Of a stretch of 41,684 bases of DNA, positions 36,124-41,684 are shown piece after piece. A program made the translations under genes and the position numbers. The notes below the pieces were generated by a model that saw nothing but the letters and a program-made list of their open reading frames with translations, was not told the origin of the DNA and did not search any database. This stretch comes from Euryarchaeota archaeon UBA170 (lineage in GTDB: Archaea > Thermoplasmatota > Poseidoniia > Poseidoniales > Thalassarchaeaceae), in assembly GCA_002499345.1 (NCBI GenBank), contig DALF01000034.1, positions 1-41,684 on the forward strand, in the 5' to 3' direction. The first letter of the stretch is position 1, and the number at the start of each line of letters is the position of its first letter.

Positions 36124-38648
36124 TGGCCCATCACTACCCTGTGGACGGAGTTCTGAACATCCCTCATCCTATCTACAGCCCCTAGCTCTCTGAATACAAC
36201 GAGGGACCTTTGTAGATAGTCCATCCTCTGTGATCTATTACTCTCGACCTCACCAAGTCTAGAGAGAATCTCCCCCTGCATCATCCTGAAGTCATTAGCC
36301 TCTGCAATTGATAAGGCGTCCAGATAGTGCTGTGCTGCTTCGTCTGACCTACCTGCATCACTCAATACTTGTCCAAGAAGCATCTCGACCTCTACTGCAC
36401 TTCTAGGGTCTGACTGATCTGATAAAATTTCCAAAGCACCAGAATAGTGGTGCATTGCCAGATCATTGTCTTTTATTCTAGCATAGTATCTCCCCAGGAC
36501 AGCTCGTGATCTTGCGTGTAGCTTTTCTTGATTATTCTGAGCTGTTTCATCGTGAGCCGTCATAGCATGGTCACGGGCTCTATCCATCTCTCCCATCTCG
36601 AGAAAGGCAGAAGCCAGTCTAATCCTAGCCTCGGTTAAAACGGATGAATCTTCAGAATCCAATAGCTCCTCTACATTTCCATATACTTCTAATGCCCTCT
36701 TATTATCCCTCTGGCGTCTGAAAATGTATCCCATGTTATTGTATGATCTTGCGGCCCCTTGGGCATCTCTGAGTTTTATTTGCATCTCCAATGCTTTCTT
36801 ATGAAGGGAGAGGGCCGTGTCCATCTCTCCTTTCTTTACAGCTAAATCCGCCCTAGATGAGTAAATCCTTGCAAGTGGAGTAGTCAGTTTATGCTTTACT
36901 GCGATAGGCAGTGCCATGTCGTATTGTTCCTCGGCGTCATCCCACTTTCCTTGGACAGAAAGTATGTCTCCTGTGAGTTCGTGAATTACAAATCTCGTCC
37001 GGGGACCGAACAGTTTTGCCTCTATAGCCCTGAGGATTCCCAAAAGTTCTATGTGTCCAGCCTTGACTAAATTGTGGCCTTCCTCTGATAAGGCCGATGC
37101 TAATCCCTCAATATCCCCGGATTTGTGCAGGTGATGAATATGCTCTATGCTTTCAGATGCATCTTCCTTCCTCGTCCTATACCATTCGACTGCATTGGCA
37201 TGCAACGATTGCTTTAGTGAGTCTTCCATAGACCTTGTGAGAAATTCTCTGACTAAATCGTGGACATCATAGTTTTCACTATCGGCTTGCCTCGCCAGAC
37301 CCTTTTCAACAAGGTCATCCAGAAGATTTGTTTCCATATCTATTCCGGAAATTGCCTCGAGTGGCATTGGTTCTCTGAAAATTGCGATAGCACCCAACAA
37401 CCTCTTTTCCGCGCCTGAAAGTCTGCTGAAGATTTCCTTCTCTACAAATGCCTCCAGAGTTTCATGGAATGTTCCGCCTACACTCCCTCTGTTAATGAGC
37501 TCAAGTACTAGTGGATGGCCTCTTGAAAGACTATGAATGTGCAAAAATTGAGGCATTTCTAGATCTTGCATCGTGGTCAGTATTTTCCTACTTGCTTCTT
37601 GGTCCAGCCCATCAAGCGGCATCACCAATGTAACTATTCTCCCAGTGGAATCGGATTCTGGTACCACCATCCTGAATGAACGTGAAAACATCACTAGGCC
37701 GACATTTTCAAGTTCTGGTATTTTCAGCGATAGCGATCTTAATACTGAAATTAATGTCTCATCGCCAACTTTATGCAAATCGTCAATCACAATAAGTGAG
37801 GGGGAAGACTCAAGCCCCTCTGAGATTAGATTTACCGCCATCTGAGGCTGAGGCACAGGAGAAGATGCAAGATAGTCTGAAAGGTCATCATTGCCCATAG
37901 CAGATAGCCATTCTGAAATTGCCTCCAAGAATGCCCTTGCCCCTTCCCAATCTTGACACCTGTGGTAAAGAAGATTTCTTCTGTGGGTAAAACTCTCTAT
38001 TAGCTTAGCGGAAAGTGCCGTTTTTCCAATACCAGCTATACCAGGAACAAGTATAGATCCAGACTGATGCTCTAGGAGATTTACCATATTTTCAAGTTCT
38101 AATTCCCTACCATAAAACCTCCTAGTCCTCGGTAAGTCGCTTAGTGAGGTTACGAGTTGCTTCTCGATATGCTTTGAGAGGTCCCTCTCAATCAAATCGG
38201 AAGATAGTACTGAAAGATCTATTGTTCCAGAATCATCCAGATATCGAATAACATCTACGTGCCTTAGGGGCAAATCTGTTTCCTCCAGAGCTTTGGCTAG
38301 TTCCATATTTGAGGCCCTTCCATCTCTTCCCACCACGCGGACCACCTGCATACCAACCTTAGACCAAATATCATCAGCTAGCTTTGCCCCTTCGTCAGTT
38401 AGGAAGTATGCTTTCCTCTTTCTAGAGACTCCAGTAACATGTGCTTGTTTTTCAATCAAATATCCCTGTTCCCTAAGTCCTGAAATGGCCCTCGGGACGT
38501 TCGATCTGGCTATGGAAACAGCATTAGCTATCCCCATCTGTGAAAGTGCGAATGGGACTTCTACTTTATCGGCATGATCCACATAGTCCCTGAGATGGAG
38601 TAGTATCCTCTCTTGGACCCCGGGTTTGGGCACGGGAGTGACTGACAT
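36120..38648 (-). CDS. wHTH - STAND NTPase - TPR protein (MalT/AfsR-like signalling regulator)
   Basis: N-terminal wHTH (LSQMGIANAVSIARSNVPRAISGLREQGYL...YFLTDEG); FYGRELEL; Walker A GIAGIGKT; Walker B LIVIDDLH; GHPLVL; YDVHDLVREF; TPR array. Confidence 0.88.
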   Translation of the reverse strand: MSVTPVPKPGVQERILLHLRDYVDHADKVEVPFALSQMGIANAVSIARSNVPRAISGLREQGYLIEKQAHVTGVSRKRKAYFLTDEGAKLADDIWSKVGMQVVRVVGRDGRASNMELAKALEETDLPLRHVDVIRYLDDSGTIDLSVLSSDLIERDLSKHIEKQLVTSLSDLPRTRRFYGRELELENMVNLLEHQSGSILVPGIAGIGKTALSAKLIESFTHRRNLLYHRCQDWEGARAFLEAISEWLSAMGNDDLSDYLASSPVPQPQMAVNLISEGLESSPSLIVIDDLHKVGDETLISVLRSLSLKIPELENVGLVMFSRSFRMVVPESDSTGRIVTLVMPLDGLDQEASRKILTTMQDLEMPQFLHIHSLSRGHPLVLELINRGSVGGTFHETLEAFVEKEIFSRLSGAEKRLLGAIAIFREPMPLEAISGIDMETNLLDDLVEKGLARQADSENYDVHDLVREFLTRSMEDSLKQSLHANAVEWYRTRKEDASESIEHIHHLHKSGDIEGLASALSEEGHNLVKAGHIELLGILRAIEAKLFGPRTRFVIHELTGDILSVQGKWDDAEEQYDMALPIAVKHKLTTPLARIYSSRADLAVKKGEMDTALSLHKKALEMQIKLRDAQGAARSYNNMGYIFRRQRDNKRALEVYGNVEELLDSEDSSVLTEARIRLASAFLEMGEMDRARDHAMTAHDETAQNNQEKLHARSRAVLGRYYARIKDNDLAMHHYSGALEILSDQSDPRSAVEVEMLLGQVLSDAGRSDEAAQHYLDALSIAEANDFRMMQGEILSRLGEVESNRSQRMDYLQRSLVVFRELGAVDRMRDVQNSVHRVVMGH

Positions 38649-38718
38649 GAATACGTTAGCAACATCATCTATTCAATAATGTTCGTGATGAAAGCTTAGA
38701 ACGCCTTCAACGCGATTA

Positions 38719-41684
38719 CTACTTTTCTGGAACCCATTCTTCATTCTCGTTATCCCACATCCATCCAGGATGGTCATCATCCTTGACGAACCTTTCTACC
38801 TCTTCGTCTGACCCCACTTTCTTGTCATGATTATTTTCTGGCTCGGAGTCTTCTTCGAATTCAACAAAGAAGTAGGCGAACGCCACTATCCCAAGAATTA
38901 TGATTACGGCAATTACGAATAGGACTGATGAAGCTGATGAGTCTGAATCGCTTACCGTGATCTTCGTTCCTTGGTACTCTAGTCCGCCATACATGAACTG
39001 AGGAGTTGCAGAGCTTGAAATTCTCGAGCCGGGGACTCCCATCGACCATGTGGAATCGTCTGAAACGACGGTGTTGTTTACAGGAGTTCCTCCGATTGTG
39101 GCCGTGACAGTTCTTCCAGGAAGTCCGACACCTGAGAATATGGCTGTTTCATCTTCTGTAATCTTTGTTTCCATTGGGACGTTGACCTCAAAATCTATTC
39201 CAATGACCTCTATGCTCATTGGAATTGAGTTTGCCTTGGAACCATATTGATCGGATGCAACGAATACTACGTCATTGATTGACCATCCAGATATGTCTGG
39301 ATCGAAGAAAGACATGGAAGTCGGATTATACCTAGCTACGCCATCTGCAGAGACCGATATGACCACCGGATATTCATCATCAGAAGATATTCCAACATCA
39401 TCATATACGGAGATAATTAGCTCTTGATTTGGATCAGGATCAGCAAAGAAATCAAGCAGGTTAATCTCGAAATTAGTACATCTATCGGCCGATTGGGAAT
39501 TTTCTTCACAATACAGCGTTACCGATTCTATCCACTCAGACTGATCGAAAACGGGCTGATTGTTTCCCGCATCAGGAGGATTGTCAGCGATGACATTTAC
39601 TGACTTCCACTCGCTGTAGTCGAATCCATCATAAGACCTCATCCTGATTTGATATTCTGAATTATGCCTTAATGACCTTGAATCCCATGTTGAGCTGAAT
39701 TCGCCATTTGAGTCAAACTCGATGATTGATTCGGAATGAACCTCTATCATCCCATTGGCCGTATCAAGAACTTCAATATCCACTCTAGTGACATCATTGT
39801 CATTATCCCTAGCAACACCTCCGAAGATTGAAGACTCGGAAACTGGCATTCTATCGGATTCCTTGGGGGTTGAGACACTGATGAATGGGGCACTGTTGGA
39901 ATTATCGATAGTAAGTGTTAGCTCGGCAGGAGTACATTCATCGATCACACCATCGCAGAAGTCAGAGTCTGATGCCCAAATCTTGAAGTTATAATCAGCA
40001 ACTACCCTCGGTTGGCCACTGAAATCCCATGTCCAAGACCAGGATGTACCGCCTGAGACTGGAGTCACGACCTGGAAATTAGGACCTTCAATTTGGAAAT
40101 AAATCTCAGAGATATCCTTCCCACATTGTGAAGGGCATCCATAGTAGTCATAGGCGGCGCCCTCGAATGTTACGCTATCATCAGAGTGAGTAGAGAATGG
40201 ACTGGGGGAGCTTACTGATACTGTGGGTGCCTGGGAATTTAATTTGATTGAGATAATGGAAATTGGGCTGTAGTCGATTCCATCAAATGCTCGGAACTGG
40301 AAGATATAGTCTCCTTCGGCCATCTGGGACATATCTAATTCATAGAACCATTCTTTGAAGGGATGATTAGTACTTGTTACTTTACCGGATTGGGCCCCGG
40401 AGGAGTCGGTGGCTAGCTGTGCGTCGGACCAATCACTGGTGAATGGGTCCCTAACCTCGATTGAATGGACAAATCCCTTCTGATCCCACTGCGCCATCTC
40501 GTCACTAGGGTAGAAAGATGCAAGAATTCCATCATGGGCGTTACCGGTGATATTTACCACCTTCCTGAATGAGTGACCTTGGCCCTGTGTGATTGAGACG
40601 GAGGGCGCGAGATTGAGTAGGTTTGCAGTTCCTTGATATGCGGCGTCATCTAGTGTAAATTCTCCACTATCCAAGCCAAATCCAAATTTGTACGCAGTGA
40701 ATCGATACAGAGAAAGTTCTCTTGTACCTGCGGCATAATTGCAATCAGCATCATCCCCATCCAGTACGAGGTCTCCATCATTGTCTATGCCGTCTGAACA
40801 TGAGTCCTCAAACTCGTCATCTGCAAATCCATCGGGATTGTCACCCCCTCCCAAACCCCTGAAGTCAAGATGAAAATCTGAGGGCAAAGCGAACCATGGA
40901 GTATACCCATCGGAAAGCGTATCAATATCGTACATATCATTTCCGAGGGCATCTTCGACTAGGATACTGGCTCCAGATACCCCCTCTCCATTGACTAGGG
41001 CTTGGAACTTGACTAGCTCTGCCCTTCTAACTTGTACTGCATAAGGAGTAGGTTGGGTTTGAATTGAGATAGATGATCTACCAAGATTAGATAGTCCAGC
41101 GAATGTCATCACAGTGGAGTTATTATCCATGGAAAGTGCGAGTGGGAAATTTCTAGGTGTCAGATTTTCGCAATTAGAGCACTCTTGGACATCCGTTGGC
41201 TTGATTCCATTCTGGAAACCATTGGCTGGCCATGCTTCCTGATCTGGCCATGAAAGGATGACTGGGAACTGTCCCGTAGGTGGACTAGGAATGGATTCGG
41301 ATTGTACTGTAACGGAGCTCTTGGTGATGTTGTAGGTTGTGCCCACGCCATTCCACGTATTCTCTGAGAAGAAGGCTAGGGAGCCGTATTGCTGGTCTCC
41401 CGCATAACCTGTGTCGTAGTGTTTGATTACAGCCCCTGAACCTGCGGCATTCCAAGTATTCCTCCTTATGTCCAGAAGTGCCCCTATGGATCTTATTCCA
41501 TCTGAATTTCCTCCAGAATTGATTTCATTATCGTACATAGTCAGTCCGGACCTGTATGCCATGACTGCCGGGCAACTGAACTGTCCGTTGAAATGGAGTT
41601 CGCTAGAGCATTCTCCTGTACCAGAAGATGAGATAGTGTTGTTTGCAAGGAACGCCCTAGATGCACTGGGAGCAGGGGCGTTAT
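38719..41684 (-). CDS. Large surface protein, 5'-truncated by the window (beta-helix-like region, Ca-binding Cys/Asp motif, tandem Ig-like domains, TM, acidic tail)
   Basis: Frame is open from the window end through ATG 41562; CSDGIDNDGDLVLDGDDADC; repeated N.AP.V.I..P and RAFDG/RSYDG Ig units; TM VLFVIAVIIILGIVAFAYFFV. Confidence 0.82.
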   Translation of the reverse strand, partial: NAPAPSASRAFLANNTISSSGTGECSSELHFNGQFSCPAVMAYRSGLTMYDNEINSGGNSDGIRSIGALLDIRRNTWNAAGSGAVIKHYDTGYAGDQQYGSLAFFSENTWNGVGTTYNITKSSVTVQSESIPSPPTGQFPVILSWPDQEAWPANGFQNGIKPTDVQECSNCENLTPRNFPLALSMDNNSTVMTFAGLSNLGRSSISIQTQPTPYAVQVRRAELVKFQALVNGEGVSGASILVEDALGNDMYDIDTLSDGYTPWFALPSDFHLDFRGLGGGDNPDGFADDEFEDSCSDGIDNDGDLVLDGDDADCNYAAGTRELSLYRFTAYKFGFGLDSGEFTLDDAAYQGTANLLNLAPSVSITQGQGHSFRKVVNITGNAHDGILASFYPSDEMAQWDQKGFVHSIEVRDPFTSDWSDAQLATDSSGAQSGKVTSTNHPFKEWFYELDMSQMAEGDYIFQFRAFDGIDYSPISIISIKLNSQAPTVSVSSPSPFSTHSDDSVTFEGAAYDYYGCPSQCGKDISEIYFQIEGPNFQVVTPVSGGTSWSWTWDFSGQPRVVADYNFKIWASDSDFCDGVIDECTPAELTLTIDNSNSAPFISVSTPKESDRMPVSESSIFGGVARDNDNDVTRVDIEVLDTANGMIEVHSESIIEFDSNGEFSSTWDSRSLRHNSEYQIRMRSYDGFDYSEWKSVNVIADNPPDAGNNQPVFDQSEWIESVTLYCEENSQSADRCTNFEINLLDFFADPDPNQELIISVYDDVGISSDDEYPVVISVSADGVARYNPTSMSFFDPDISGWSINDVVFVASDQYGSKANSIPMSIEVIGIDFEVNVPMETKITEDETAIFSGVGLPGRTVTATIGGTPVNNTVVSDDSTWSMGVPGSRISSSATPQFMYGGLEYQGTKITVSDSDSSASSVLFVIAVIIILGIVAFAYFFVEFEEDSEPENNHDKKVGSDEEVERFVKDDDHPGWMWDNENEEWVPEK

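Noticed and set aside
1-41684. tRNA, rRNA, CRISPR, integrase or transposase
   Set aside because: None recognised; spacers are mostly under 130 nt and lack cloverleaf or repeat-spacer patterns.

Overview
Gene-dense archaeal chromosomal window. Gene content (archaeal type II GAPDH, ArcS, uS15, Rpp21, archaeal GluRS/PheT, plus very large acidic secreted or surface proteins and a multi-domain subtilase) points to a heterotrophic marine Thermoplasmatota, most likely Marine Group II/Poseidoniales (inference). I support 23 CDSs: housekeeping genes, five large surface proteins, a wHTH-STAND-TPR regulator, a pyroglutamyl-peptidase/Nudix fusion, and two apparently degenerate enzymes (GltB-like, RecJ/DHH-like). 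I saw no tRNA, rRNA, CRISPR array or mobile element. The strongest unexplained signal is at 1-172 on the minus strand: a promoter-preceded, highly structured RNA with four hairpins, a UUCG loop and a canonical kink-turn, ending in an SD-like AGGUG and an AUG at the window edge. It is a candidate novel structured 5' leader or ncRNA. A non-canonical TT(C/G)AA TATA-like box also recurs about 28-29 nt before start codons. All family calls are from motif recognition, not database searches.
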